A stretch of DNA of 64,000 nt, from contig OZ242355.1 in NCBI GenBank assembly GCA_965208805.1, forward strand, positions 1,584,267 through 1,648,266, in the 5' to 3' direction. Source of the stretch: Acidimicrobiales bacterium. GTDB lineage: Bacteria; Actinomycetota; Acidimicrobiia; Acidimicrobiales; Bin134. The position numbers and the translations under genes were made by a program. The notes under the pieces are model-generated. The model saw only the letters and a list, made by a program, of their open reading frames with translations, was not told the DNA's origin and did no database searches. Positions 47,385 to 56,689 of the stretch are shown in pieces; within the stretch, counting starts at the first letter, position 1; the number at the start of each line of letters is the position of its first letter.

Positions 47385-49355
47385 TCACTGCACGGTGGCG
47401 ATGAACCAACGAGGGGATTCGCCGGTGAGCATCAGGCCGTCTTCGTTCGTGGAATCCGAGGGATCGACTTGGTAGGGCTCGACCCTGGCAATTACGAAGT
47501 CGCTGCCCACGGCCAGTTCTACGTTGGTGAGCTCTTTCTCAACATCGGAGAGGCCGGTCAGGCCAAAGGCTTCGGAAAGGGTCTGCCACACCCAGTTGGT
47601 GCCGTCGGCCGACCATCCCACCCACGCTTCAACCCGCTGGGGTCTGATGTCTGGCGCGGCCAAGAAGCTCTCAGCGTTGGCCCAAGGTTCCAGTTCTTCC
47701 CTGGTGAACGACACAAGATGTTCGCCGGTCTCCGGATCCTCAAAGACCAGCAGTTCGGGGGTGCCGTCGCCGCCCTCCACGACCCGGATGCCTTCAGGGA
47801 GCATGTTGCTCTGCTCGCCCTCGGCATCGAACACGTAGACGGCTGCGTCCTCGGTCAAATCCCACAGGGTAAAGCCGCCCTCGGGCTCGGCGTAGCGCAG
47901 TTCGTAGCCGTCTTTGGCCACCCGCAAGGTCAACTCGAGGTCAGCGTCGGGGAAGCTTCCGGGCACCGCCACCATGGCGATGCCCGAAGGGCCGACCGAG
48001 AAACGACTCACATGGGCGATGCCTTTCGGAAGCTCAGCGGCTAGGGGGGCGGTGTACACGCCATTGAGACGCTCAATTCGGTAATCGCCTGCTGCCCCAC
48101 CCGATGTCCAGACCGTCTCATTGGATGACCCGTAGTAGTTGGACAGGCGATCGACGGGAGTTCCATCACCAGTGGACAGAGGAGACTGGCTCCATTGGCG
48201 GCCATCTGAGGAGGTGAGCTCCAGCGCCCCCTCGTCGGCCAGCACCATGAGGTGGAAGCCAGCAGTCGCGCCGTAACCGGCAACATCCCAGCCGGAATAC
48301 TCGGCCACGAGTTCCGCAGGTCCTCCGTCGCTGTGAAAGATGCGGACAAAGCTCCGATCGCCTCCGTAGAGCAAATCCTCTTCCTCGGCGGTGAGCTCAA
48401 ACGACTCGGGCGGCGACGACTCGTCTCGGGTGAAGCTGACCGTGTTGCCTTCCACGCCCATCCAGCCCTTTATCGATTCCTTGTCGGGCACTAGACCGCG
48501 AGCCACGATTACCGCGGCGACGTCGGCGTGGACGCGGCTCTCGACCGCCAACACCATGTTCTGCCCGGACACCGCTGCGGCTTCGACACGGGAGGTCTCG
48601 CCGGGAACAACAATGTCGAAAGCGAGATCAGTCCACGTGGTTCCTCGGTCATCAGAGAAGAACGCCTGGGGGCCAAACCTGGTTTCGTCGAATCTTGAAC
48701 CTGTCACCAGCCAGCGATCCCCAGCGATATCGAATCTGTCGGGGGTGAAGAATCGTGGCATGGGAACCACGGTCCAGTCGCGGCCGTTCTCAGTCACCAT
48801 GACCTGGTTGCCGTCGGGTCCGTAGACCTGGGCCAGCATCCGACCGTCGCCTACAGACAAAATGTGGTGGGCGTCGGGCAAGCCAGCTCCGAAAACTTGG
48901 GCGGGCTCGAACTCTGTCCAGGCGACCGCTGGGATGGTGGACAGGCTTTCCGGCGTTGGGGGCTCGGAGCCAACCTCAGGATCGGCCTGGGAGGCGACTT
49001 CTGGCTCGCTCGGAGTTTCCGAAGTTGGCACCGGGGTCGGTTCTGCGCTCGGCTCGGGCACAGGAGAGCTAGTGGGATCATCGACCACGATGACCTCGGT
49101 GGGTTGATCATCCCCCAAGGCGTTCCAGGCGGTGATTCCGCCAGCTACCAGGGCAACCGAAGCGGCGATGCCCACAACGGCCCTCCGTGTGTTGCGGGCT
49201 TTGGCCCGGGCGGCGGCCCGCTCGGCAATCGATGACACCGGCGGCCGGGCAGCCGGGGTATCGACACGTCCTCGGATTGCGGAGCCCAAGGCCTCGCCGA
49301 GAGCCTGATCGTCGGCGGCAGTCTGATTCTCAGGGGTGCGGCGCTCGTCGCTCAT
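47385..49355 (-). CDS. Putative anti-sigma factor: short cytoplasmic N-domain, one TM, large Asp-box ectodomain
   Basis: Coupled to the ECF sigma (ATGA overlap); basic stretch then TM AVVGIAASVALVAGGITAW; TENGRDW, SDDRGTTW, SSDGRQW, SADGTNW. Confidence 0.72.
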   Translation of the reverse strand: MSDERRTPENQTAADDQALGEALGSAIRGRVDTPAARPPVSSIAERAAARAKARNTRRAVVGIAASVALVAGGITAWNALGDDQPTEVIVVDDPTSSPVPEPSAEPTPVPTSETPSEPEVASQADPEVGSEPPTPESLSTIPAVAWTEFEPAQVFGAGLPDAHHILSVGDGRMLAQVYGPDGNQVMVTENGRDWTVVPMPRFFTPDRFDIAGDRWLVTGSRFDETRFGPQAFFSDDRGTTWTDLAFDIVVPGETSRVEAAAVSGQNMVLAVESRVHADVAAVIVARGLVPDKESIKGWMGVEGNTVSFTRDESSPPESFELTAEEEDLLYGGDRSFVRIFHSDGGPAELVAEYSGWDVAGYGATAGFHLMVLADEGALELTSSDGRQWSQSPLSTGDGTPVDRLSNYYGSSNETVWTSGGAAGDYRIERLNGVYTAPLAAELPKGIAHVSRFSVGPSGIAMVAVPGSFPDADLELTLRVAKDGYELRYAEPEGGFTLWDLTEDAAVYVFDAEGEQSNMLPEGIRVVEGGDGTPELLVFEDPETGEHLVSFTREELEPWANAESFLAAPDIRPQRVEAWVGWSADGTNWVWQTLSEAFGLTGLSDVEKELTNVELAVGSDFVIARVEPYQVDPSDSTNEDGLMLTGESPRWFIATVQ

Positions 49356-49888
49356 TGTTCGACCACCTTTCGCAGCTCGGCCAACCCTCGGGAGGTGGCG
49401 CTTTTCACCGTGCCCGGCCGCACTCCCATGGCCTGGGCGATCTCTTTCTCGGTCATATCGGCGTAGAACTTCAAGACAAGTACGGTCTTCTGACGGGGTG
49501 GGAGCTGGTCGAGGGCATCAAGCAGGTAGTCCTGATCATCGGGTTGAGGGGGAATGAACGGCCGAATGCCGATGCGCCGCCTCACTTCGCGTTTCCTCAG
49601 CTCGCTGCGGGCGCCGTTCACCACCGCGGTGCGCAGGTAGCCGCCGGGATTGTCGAGCCGATTCCAGCGCTCGTACACCCTGGCGAAGGCGTCCTGGACA
49701 ATCTCTTCTGCGATCTCCTGTGTATCCACCAGCCCGCGGGCAAGGCGGACCATCGGCCCGTATTCGTCTCGGTACAGGTCGTCGAAGCTCGTCAGCCGGG
49801 GAATCTCGCCAGTTACCGTGGGCCCATACCAAATCGGCTGGTTGCCCTCTGAAACTCCCGAAGCCATCCAAGAGATAGTCTTCATCAC
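49352..49888 (-). CDS. ECF sigma factor (SigE-family-like)
   Basis: AEEIVQDAF, YLRTAVVN, LPPRQK..LVLKFY, EIA..MG...GTVKS. Confidence 0.92.
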   Translation of the reverse strand: MMKTISWMASGVSEGNQPIWYGPTVTGEIPRLTSFDDLYRDEYGPMVRLARGLVDTQEIAEEIVQDAFARVYERWNRLDNPGGYLRTAVVNGARSELRKREVRRRIGIRPFIPPQPDDQDYLLDALDQLPPRQKTVLVLKFYADMTEKEIAQAMGVRPGTVKSATSRGLAELRKVVEQ

Positions 49889-49896
49889 TCGGCTAC

Positions 49897-49922
49897 GACG
49901 CCCGGTGATGCCCTTTGGTTCC
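49897..49922 (-). promoter_or_regulatory. ECF autoregulatory promoter GGAACC-N16-CGTC
   Basis: Minus strand GGAACC-aaagggcatcaccggg-CGTC, 8 nt before GTG 49888. Confidence 0.65.
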
Positions 49923-49989
49923 CTTTGCGCTGACGGGAGGCGCGGGCGAGTCAGGCCATTTCAGTTAGCTCTCTTGACTGACGGATTTG

Positions 49990-51195
49990 TCAGGCGGCAA
50001 TGACGTTCTTGAGCAGTGCTTCGTTGGGTTCAGCGGGCAACTGATCGAGGGGCACGGCGATCTCGTCGTGGGTCGGTCCGTGCTGGGCGGCCAGCGGGGC
50101 CAGAGCGTCGAGGTCGAATCCGTACAGGTCGGCGGCGTTGCCGGCCAGAATCTGCTGGAGCTCCACCGGATCGGTGTCGCAGAACACCTGACGCAGGTGC
50201 TCGCGGGTATAGGGCCCTGTGCCCTCGTTGTGAGGGTAGTCGGAGCCCCACATCACCTTGTGCGAACCCAAGACCTCGCGGGCCGCGGCGTCATCGTGGC
50301 CCGGCTGGCTGATGCCCACCCAGCAGTTCTGCTGGAAGTACTCGGTGGCGCTCTTGGGCAGGATGTGGCTCTCGTCGTAGCGCATCTCGCCCATCCGGCC
50401 GGTGTCGCGGATCTTGGCCAGGGTCTCGTCCATATGGGACAGGGCCCCCACCAGCCAGGCGCAGCCCTGCTCGGTCATCACGAACTTGAGCTTGGGGAAG
50501 CGCTCGAACACCCCCGACAGCAGTAGCTGGTAGAAGGGCCGGTGGGAGTAGAAGCTCACCTCGGTGATGAAAAGCAGATCGGACACCGAGTACTTGCCGT
50601 AGTTGGGCACGCCGGTGCCCCCGTGGCTGTTAACGATCACACCGAGGTCTTCACAGGCGGCCCAGAACGGGTCGTACGCCGGGTCGTACAGGGGGGCGAG
50701 GTCTTTGCAGTCGGGCGGTATGGCCGAGATGAGCACGCCGCCGCGCAGATTGTTGGCCGCGATGAACTCCACGTCTTTGATTGCCTCATCAACGTCGTTC
50801 AAGAAGGTCTGGCCTATGCCGGCTCGCTGATTGGGATACTCCGCACACCATTCGGCCAGCCAGCGGTTGTGGGCCCGGATTCCTGCCAGTCGGTGCTCGA
50901 GCTGGTCGGCCCGGGGCGGACGGGCGAACAGTATGAAGCTGGGAAAGAACGGGGGCACGGTGTTGGGGAATACCACCTCGCCCACCTGGCCGTCGGTGTA
51001 CAGGTCTCCCAAGCGGCGCTCGTTGTCCCAATTACGCACCCGACCCCCGTCTTGGAGGTCGCGGAACGGGTTGCGGTACTTCTCCCGCCAAGCGTCGAAG
51101 TCGTCGAGGTACTTGGATTCCAGGTAGCCGCGGTAGGTCTCGTGGTTGGCCCCGGCGTGGCAGTCGGCCGAGATGATGGTGTACCGGTCGCTCAT
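49990..51195 (-). CDS. Amidohydrolase family protein (Amidohydro_2)
   Basis: IISADCHAG, EVVFPN, SGVFERFPKLKFV.TE, WGSDYPH.EG; start placed at ATG 51195. Confidence 0.9.
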   Translation of the reverse strand: MSDRYTIISADCHAGANHETYRGYLESKYLDDFDAWREKYRNPFRDLQDGGRVRNWDNERRLGDLYTDGQVGEVVFPNTVPPFFPSFILFARPPRADQLEHRLAGIRAHNRWLAEWCAEYPNQRAGIGQTFLNDVDEAIKDVEFIAANNLRGGVLISAIPPDCKDLAPLYDPAYDPFWAACEDLGVIVNSHGGTGVPNYGKYSVSDLLFITEVSFYSHRPFYQLLLSGVFERFPKLKFVMTEQGCAWLVGALSHMDETLAKIRDTGRMGEMRYDESHILPKSATEYFQQNCWVGISQPGHDDAAAREVLGSHKVMWGSDYPHNEGTGPYTREHLRQVFCDTDPVELQQILAGNAADLYGFDLDALAPLAAQHGPTHDEIAVPLDQLPAEPNEALLKNVIAA

Positions 51196-51213
51196 TCCAC
51201 TAGTTTGCCAACT

Positions 51214-51576
51214 GTGAGCAACTCGCCGGGCATCGTGGAAGGGGAGTGGGACGACCAGCCCCGCAACTGGCGGACGTTCTTCAAAAGGTGGCGCCGCAGC
51301 AAGGAGCTGTTCCAGTTGGAGGTGGTCCGCACCGAGGCCATGTCGGCCGGTGATTTCTTCGTGATCGGCCGAGCCACTGCGGGACGGGTCCAAGAGGGCG
51401 ACGCTTTGGTAGTCGACGTCAGCAATCAGGCGGTAGCTACCAAAGTTGTCTCCGTCGACCACACCGTCCAGGGCGACGGCGGGGACGAGTTCCACATGCT
51501 CATGGCCCTCAAGCTCGACGGAATTGGTCCCGACTCCGGTATCCAACCCGGCACCATCATCCGCCAGCCGGGCTAG
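51214..51576 (+). CDS. Small protein resembling a stand-alone EF-Tu domain II beta-barrel
   Basis: 120-aa GC3-rich ORF (3' end of the 50542-51576 frame); FQLEV...VIGRATAGRVQEGD.LVV...TKVVSVD...MALKLDGI...IQPGTII; TAGTTT 7 nt before GTG. Confidence 0.6.
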   Translation: MSNSPGIVEGEWDDQPRNWRTFFKRWRRSKELFQLEVVRTEAMSAGDFFVIGRATAGRVQEGDALVVDVSNQAVATKVVSVDHTVQGDGGDEFHMLMALKLDGIGPDSGIQPGTIIRQPG

Positions 51577-51609
51577 GTAGGGCTGCTCTGGCCTGATCTT
51601 GATTGGGTG

Positions 51610-51873
51610 TCAGCGTGGGCGATAAGCACTGCGACGATGGTCGACGCGATGAATGACGACGGTGTTCTCGGAGTCGAAAATCTCGTAGATGATTCGGAAG
51701 TCACCCCGCCGGGCGGAGTAGAGGCCTTCGAAGTCCCAGAGCAGAGGTTTTCCCGCCTGATGCGGGTTGTGGGCTATCGGCCCGAAAATGGCCTCCGAGA
51801 CCGCCCCATGTACCTTGTCTGGTAATCGATTGAAGTCTCTGCGGCCCTCCGGAGTGATGTCGATTTCATACAC
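51610..51873 (-). CDS. relE: RelE/ParE-family toxin
   Basis: YEIDITPEG.RDF.RLP, GKPL, YSARRGDFRIIYEI, HR..AYR. Confidence 0.88.
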   Translation of the reverse strand: MYEIDITPEGRRDFNRLPDKVHGAVSEAIFGPIAHNPHQAGKPLLWDFEGLYSARRGDFRIIYEIFDSENTVVIHRVDHRRSAYRPR

Positions 51874-52135
51874 CGCTGTCCCTGAGGTGATCGCGCAACC
51901 GAATCCGCTGGCCTGCCTCGGCTTCGGCTCGCGACCTGCTGAGTGAGGCCACCAACTCAGGATCGCTCATGATTTCGAGGGTTTCTTCGATGGACTCCAT
52001 GTAGTCACAGTTGACCAGCATGAACGACGGCCGACCATTGCGGGTAACCATGATCAGGTCGCGCTGCTTTTCGACGCGGTCAGCTAGCTCCGACAAGTGA
52101 CTCTTGACTTCGGAGAAGGGCAGTATCGATTCCAT
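51866..52135 (-). CDS. Phd/YefM-family antitoxin
   Basis: FSEVKSHLSEL, ITRNGRP-like VTRNGRP, SIEETLEIMSDP. Confidence 0.9.
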   Translation of the reverse strand: MESILPFSEVKSHLSELADRVEKQRDLIMVTRNGRPSFMLVNCDYMESIEETLEIMSDPELVASLSRSRAEAEAGQRIRLRDHLRDSGV

Positions 52136-52188
52136 TGGTCATAATTCTGACCTAAGACAAGCAAAGTGGCAAGCAGTTTCCTGGACAT

Positions 52189-52530
52189 TTACTGAATTCG
52201 CATGCCGCCTCGAACGGTCACCGGTTGATTCAACAAATCTTGCCCCTCGTCGCACAGATCAAGTCCAGGACAATCCCGACAAATGAAGTACGAAGGGGCC
52301 TTAGATAGTCCCGCCAGTTCTCCCGTAGATGCTGTCATGACCGCTTGAGCAGCCGATTCGGCGGTTTGCAAACCGAGACTGAGGAGATCTGGAATTTCAA
52401 GGGTCCGTGTTGTCCGGCGAGTAGGGTCGACGAGAAGGACAGTCGTAGTGACCACAGCGTCCCTGGGCGACTCATCGCGGTGAATCGAGTCTCGTGCAAG
52501 CGTTTTGAACGTCTGGATACGTCGGGGTTG
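52189..52530 (-). pseudogene. Possible remnant of a PD-(D/E)XK (RecB/Cas4-like) nuclease C-terminus
   Basis: Open frame ending APSYFICRDCPGLDLCDEG (CxxC-x5-C); no intact upstream frame. Confidence 0.3.
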
Positions 52531-52863
52531 AAGCCATCATTGTTGATTACATGGGCTGCGCATGATGCTTCACACAAGGATGCATTCGTTGCGTCAAAGT
52601 CTTTGACGATGTGCCAGTCGGCGGACCTCCTCCGTCTTTCCTGACACTGGAGCGCCACCACCTCCAGGCATTCAAGAAGAGCGAATTCGACGTCCTGAGC
52701 AGTTGTCATGCTTTTTCCTCGATGTAGTCGAAGTCGTCCTCTGGTATACACCGGAGCAGTGGCAATTTGTCTGACTTACAGACGGGTGCCACCTCGGAGG
52801 TGACTGACTTGTGCCATGTCTCACAGCCGAGTGACATCATGGGCGCACTCAGAGGGAGGTCTT

Positions 52864-53964
52864 ATGGCCGTAGAAATGGCGATCTGGCGAATGACTGATG
52901 CCGGCCCGCAACAGTTGGCGTCGTCGCCGCTCGATTCCGAGCGACGCCTTGAGGACATGCTGGAACAGGATCCTGGCCTGAGCGGAACTGACCTGCTGAT
53001 TCTTGGCAGGCAGGTTCATACTCACCATGGCGGATACGTAGATATTCTTGCTATCGACGCCGAGGGCTGTGTACACGTCCTCGAGTTGAAGCGCGATCGG
53101 ACCCCCAGAGAAGTCGTTGCCCAGGCTTTGGACTATGGGTCGTGGGCGGCAGGGCTAGGCCACGATGAGCTAGAGGAGATCTACACCGAGCGCCAGGGAG
53201 ACGAAAGGACACTTGGGCAAGCCTTTGTTGAACAGTTTGGTTGTCCACTGCCCGACGATGTGAACGAACGGCAGGAGTTTACAATCGTTGCATCTGAACT
53301 CGATCCGGCTTCCGAACGCATTGTCGAATTCCTCGCTGAAGCTTATGGAGTACCCATCAACACCGTCTTTTTTCGCCACTTCAGCGAAGGCGATCGCGAG
53401 TACCTTGCTCGGACGTGGCTACTTGACCCTCAGCAGACTGAAGCCAAGGCTGTTCGATCTTCCCAAAGCAAGCAGCGTCCGTGGAATGGAAGGGACTTCT
53501 ACGTCGTCCTCGGCCGCTCTGGAGACGACCGGTGGCCGGTCGCCCAAGAGTATGGACTCCTGAATGGGGGTGGCGGACCGAGGTACTGGAAGCCGTTACG
53601 ACATTTAAGGCCTGGGCATAGGGTGTTCGCCTATGTGAGCGGGGCCGGGTATGTGGGTGTCGCTCGGGTTACAGGCGAAATGACCCTGGCTTGCGACGCA
53701 CGAGTCAAGGTCGCTGATCAAGTTGTTCCCTTCGCGGAATTGCCTAAGGTGCCTGACAGCTATAGGGAATATGTCCTCACCAATCATGACCCGGAGTCAG
53801 CAGAGAGAGTCGTTCCCGTGGAATGGTTGGGCATTCGCCCCCTTGACGATGCCGTATGGGAGAGGGGGCTGTTCTCTTCTCAGCTCACTGCATGCAAACT
53901 GCGAGACGAGCACACAATAGCAACTGTCGAATCGGCATTCGGACTAGAAAGAACCGACGGATAG
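52864..53964 (+). CDS. NucS/DUF91-like PD-(D/E)XK endonuclease with a C-terminal PUA/EVE-like domain
   Basis: E..LED, GRQV, VDILAID..G...VLELKR, QALDY; C-terminal W...LRPGHRVFAYVSGAGYVGVARVTG; SD GGGAGG. Confidence 0.8.
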   Translation: MAVEMAIWRMTDAGPQQLASSPLDSERRLEDMLEQDPGLSGTDLLILGRQVHTHHGGYVDILAIDAEGCVHVLELKRDRTPREVVAQALDYGSWAAGLGHDELEEIYTERQGDERTLGQAFVEQFGCPLPDDVNERQEFTIVASELDPASERIVEFLAEAYGVPINTVFFRHFSEGDREYLARTWLLDPQQTEAKAVRSSQSKQRPWNGRDFYVVLGRSGDDRWPVAQEYGLLNGGGGPRYWKPLRHLRPGHRVFAYVSGAGYVGVARVTGEMTLACDARVKVADQVVPFAELPKVPDSYREYVLTNHDPESAERVVPVEWLGIRPLDDAVWERGLFSSQLTACKLRDEHTIATVESAFGLERTDG

Positions 53965-53986
53965 CGGTGCGCCTCGGCTCTCAGCG

Positions 53987-54814
53987 TCACGGGGTTAGGA
54001 GTTGGCCGAGGCGGCGGCTGGCTATGGCGGCGCCGGCGGCGGCTAGGGCCAGTAGGTAGGCGATGTGGACAACCAGGTCCATGCTGATGTCGCCGGCGAT
54101 GAAGGCTCGCTCCATGGCCACGCCGTGATAGAGCGGGGTGGCCTGGACCAGGAACTGCACGGCTCGGGGGTAGGTGTCGAGGGGGAAGAAGGTGGCTGAG
54201 AACAGGAATTGCACGATAAGCGGCACGGTCACCAAGTCGAGATCGTTCCAGCTCCGCATGTAGCTGGTGGCGGCCATTCCCAAGGCCGCGAAGGTGAATC
54301 CGATCAGAGTGGCCCCCGGCAATGCGGCGATGGCCCAGAACGAGTCAACCAGCCCCAGACCAGCCATGATTCCCAGGAACCCGCCGGAGTACAGGGTGGC
54401 TCGCAGCACCGACCAGCCCATCTCGCCCAGGGCCAGATCCACCACGCCCACTGGGGTGGCCAGCACCGCGTCGTAGATCTTGGCCCAGGTGAGCTTGTAG
54501 TACATGTTCATGGTGCTGTCGTAAAAGGTGCCGTTCATGGCTGAGGTGGCTAACAGCCCTGGGGCCACAAACGTGCGGTAGTCGACGGTGCGGCCCCCGA
54601 CGGTCACGTCGCCCACCAGCTCTCCAATGCCTATGCCGATGGACAGCAGGTAGAACACCGGCTCGAAGAACCCCGACAGCAGCGTGACCCAGGTACGCCG
54701 GTAGACGGTTATGTTGCGCTCGACGACGCGGGCGAACCGATGCGACGGCAACAAGCCCGCCGCCGCGGCCAATCCCAGCCTTGATGGACGCCGTCCCTGG
54801 CTTGCGATGGTCAT
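53987..54814 (-). CDS. ABC-2 exporter permease (NodJ-like)
   Basis: FEPVFYL, FVAPGLLA, FLFSATFFP. Confidence 0.88.
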   Translation of the reverse strand: MTIASQGRRPSRLGLAAAAGLLPSHRFARVVERNITVYRRTWVTLLSGFFEPVFYLLSIGIGIGELVGDVTVGGRTVDYRTFVAPGLLATSAMNGTFYDSTMNMYYKLTWAKIYDAVLATPVGVVDLALGEMGWSVLRATLYSGGFLGIMAGLGLVDSFWAIAALPGATLIGFTFAALGMAATSYMRSWNDLDLVTVPLIVQFLFSATFFPLDTYPRAVQFLVQATPLYHGVAMERAFIAGDISMDLVVHIAYLLALAAAGAAIASRRLGQLLTP

Positions 54815-54824
54815 TCCTGCCGGC

Positions 54825-55619
54825 TCATTCGTACAGCCTTCGGGTGAAGGTCCTGCTGGCCAGCAGCGTGCCGACAAGTATCAGTGCCACCAGATAGGCA
54901 AGATGCCCGGCCAGTTCCCAGCTCACTCCGCTGCCGGTGCTCAGCGCCCGACACAGCCGCACCCCGTGCCACACCGGGGTGAGCCAGGCGATCTGCTCAA
55001 GAACGATAGGCAGCTGCGATACCGGGTAGAAGATGCCCGAGAACAAGAACATGGGCATGATCACGAATCGGGTGTAGGTGCTGAAGTTGTCGGCGTTGAT
55101 CCGGGTGGCGACAAAGGCCGCAGTGGGGGTGGCGAAGGCCATGCCGCACAGGGCGGCGCATATTGGGGCCAACACCGCCAGTGGCGACGAGACCGCTCCG
55201 AAGGCGGCCATCACCCCTAGGAATACAAAGCTGGCCAAGGTCACCCGAAACGCCATGTAGGTGAAATGGCCCAGCAAAATGTCGCGGCCCCGCAGCGGGG
55301 AAGCGGCCATGGCCATGTAGGTGCGGTACCACTTGAAGCCGCCCAGCACGGGGTAGGTGGACTCGTTGACCGCCAGCATCATGGCGTTTCCGGCCAATAG
55401 CCCGGGAGCTAGGAAATCCAGGTAGTCGAGCCCGCCCAGATTCCGACCCGAGCCGACTTCGGCGTCCACCAGCGAGCCTAAGCCCAACCCCATGGCGGCC
55501 AGGAACAGGATCGGACTCAAGAAACTGGTGAGCAGCGAGCCCTTCCAGTTGCGCCGATAGGTCAACAGCCAGTACTCAACCGCCAACTTTGTGCGGGGAA
55601 TGACCGCGGCGGGTGGCAT
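54825..55619 (-). CDS. ABC-2 exporter permease
   Basis: FLAPGLLA, PMFLFSGIFYP, several TM segments. Confidence 0.88.
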   Translation of the reverse strand: MPPAAVIPRTKLAVEYWLLTYRRNWKGSLLTSFLSPILFLAAMGLGLGSLVDAEVGSGRNLGGLDYLDFLAPGLLAGNAMMLAVNESTYPVLGGFKWYRTYMAMAASPLRGRDILLGHFTYMAFRVTLASFVFLGVMAAFGAVSSPLAVLAPICAALCGMAFATPTAAFVATRINADNFSTYTRFVIMPMFLFSGIFYPVSQLPIVLEQIAWLTPVWHGVRLCRALSTGSGVSWELAGHLAYLVALILVGTLLASRTFTRRLYE

Positions 55620-56566
55620 CAGTCCACCAGCGAGCGGCCAGTCAAGTGCAAGAACACGTCTTCCAGGGTGCTGCGTCGCACCAGCACGCTCTCATGCTCA
55701 ACCTCGCCGAGAAGGGCCACCAGCCGCTCGCCTTGGTCGGTGTAAAGCAGCACCCGATCCGGCAACTCCTCCACTCGCTCGTAGAGCTCGTCCCTTGATT
55801 GGGTCTCCGGGCTCTCTCCCAGTCGGCGCAAGGCATCGGCCATAATGGTCACTTGGCCGTGGGTGCGTACTTCCACCACCTCCCGGGTGGAGTAGCGCTC
55901 GATGAGCTGGCGAGGGGATCCCTCAGCCACGATCTTGCCCCTGTCCATCACCACAAGCCGGTCGCAGAGCTGCTCGGCCTCGTCCATGTAGTGGGTGGTG
56001 AGCACCTGGGTCACCCCTTGGCGCTTCAGCGTCCACAGCCGCTCCCACACCACGTGGCGAGCCTGGGGATCGAGGCCGGTGGTGGGCTCGTCGAGCAGCA
56101 GCGCCTCGGGCTCGCTGATCAGGGCTCGGGCGATGGTGAGACGCCGCTTCATGCCTCCCGACAGCGGTTCCACATGGTCGTCGGCCCGCTCGCTGAGCTG
56201 CACAAACTCCAGCAGCTCGGAGATGCGGGAGCGCAGCACGGCGCGGGGAAGGTCGAAGTAGCGCCCGTACACGTACAGGTTCTCGGCTACCGACAACTCT
56301 TCGTCGAGATTGTCTTGCTGGGGAACCACCCCGAGGCGGGACCGGATCTTGGTGCCCTCACGAGAAGGGTCCATTCCCAAGATGCGCAGCGCCCCACCGG
56401 TGGGGTCAGACACACAGCCGATCATCCGCATGGTGGACGACTTGCCCGCGCCGTTGGGCCCCAGGAAGCCGAACACCTCGCCCCGTTCGACCTCGAAGTT
56501 GATGCCGTCGACCGCAGTGAAATCGCCGAACCGCTTGGTCAGCCCCCACGCTGCGATCAAAGACAC
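55619..56566 (-). CDS. ABC exporter ATP-binding protein (NodI-like)
   Basis: GPNGAGKSS, LSGGMKRRL, LDEPTTGLDPQAR, TTHY. Confidence 0.93.
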   Translation of the reverse strand: MSLIAAWGLTKRFGDFTAVDGINFEVERGEVFGFLGPNGAGKSSTMRMIGCVSDPTGGALRILGMDPSREGTKIRSRLGVVPQQDNLDEELSVAENLYVYGRYFDLPRAVLRSRISELLEFVQLSERADDHVEPLSGGMKRRLTIARALISEPEALLLDEPTTGLDPQARHVVWERLWTLKRQGVTQVLTTHYMDEAEQLCDRLVVMDRGKIVAEGSPRQLIERYSTREVVEVRTHGQVTIMADALRRLGESPETQSRDELYERVEELPDRVLLYTDQGERLVALLGEVEHESVLVRRSTLEDVFLHLTGRSLVD

Positions 56567-56689
56567 TCAGGCAGGTTACGGCTAGGGAGATGCCGGGTAG
56601 CAGTCATAAACCCTCCGGTGGAGGTTGCCAACAGTCGCAGAGGCTCTTTGGTTCTGACCGGGTTGCCAACAATGGGCCATGATGGGGCC

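Noticed and set aside
51196..51546. 117-aa N-terminal extension of the amidohydrolase in the ORF track
   Set aside because: The family starts at MSDRYTIISADCH; the extension is the antisense shadow of the 51214-51576 gene
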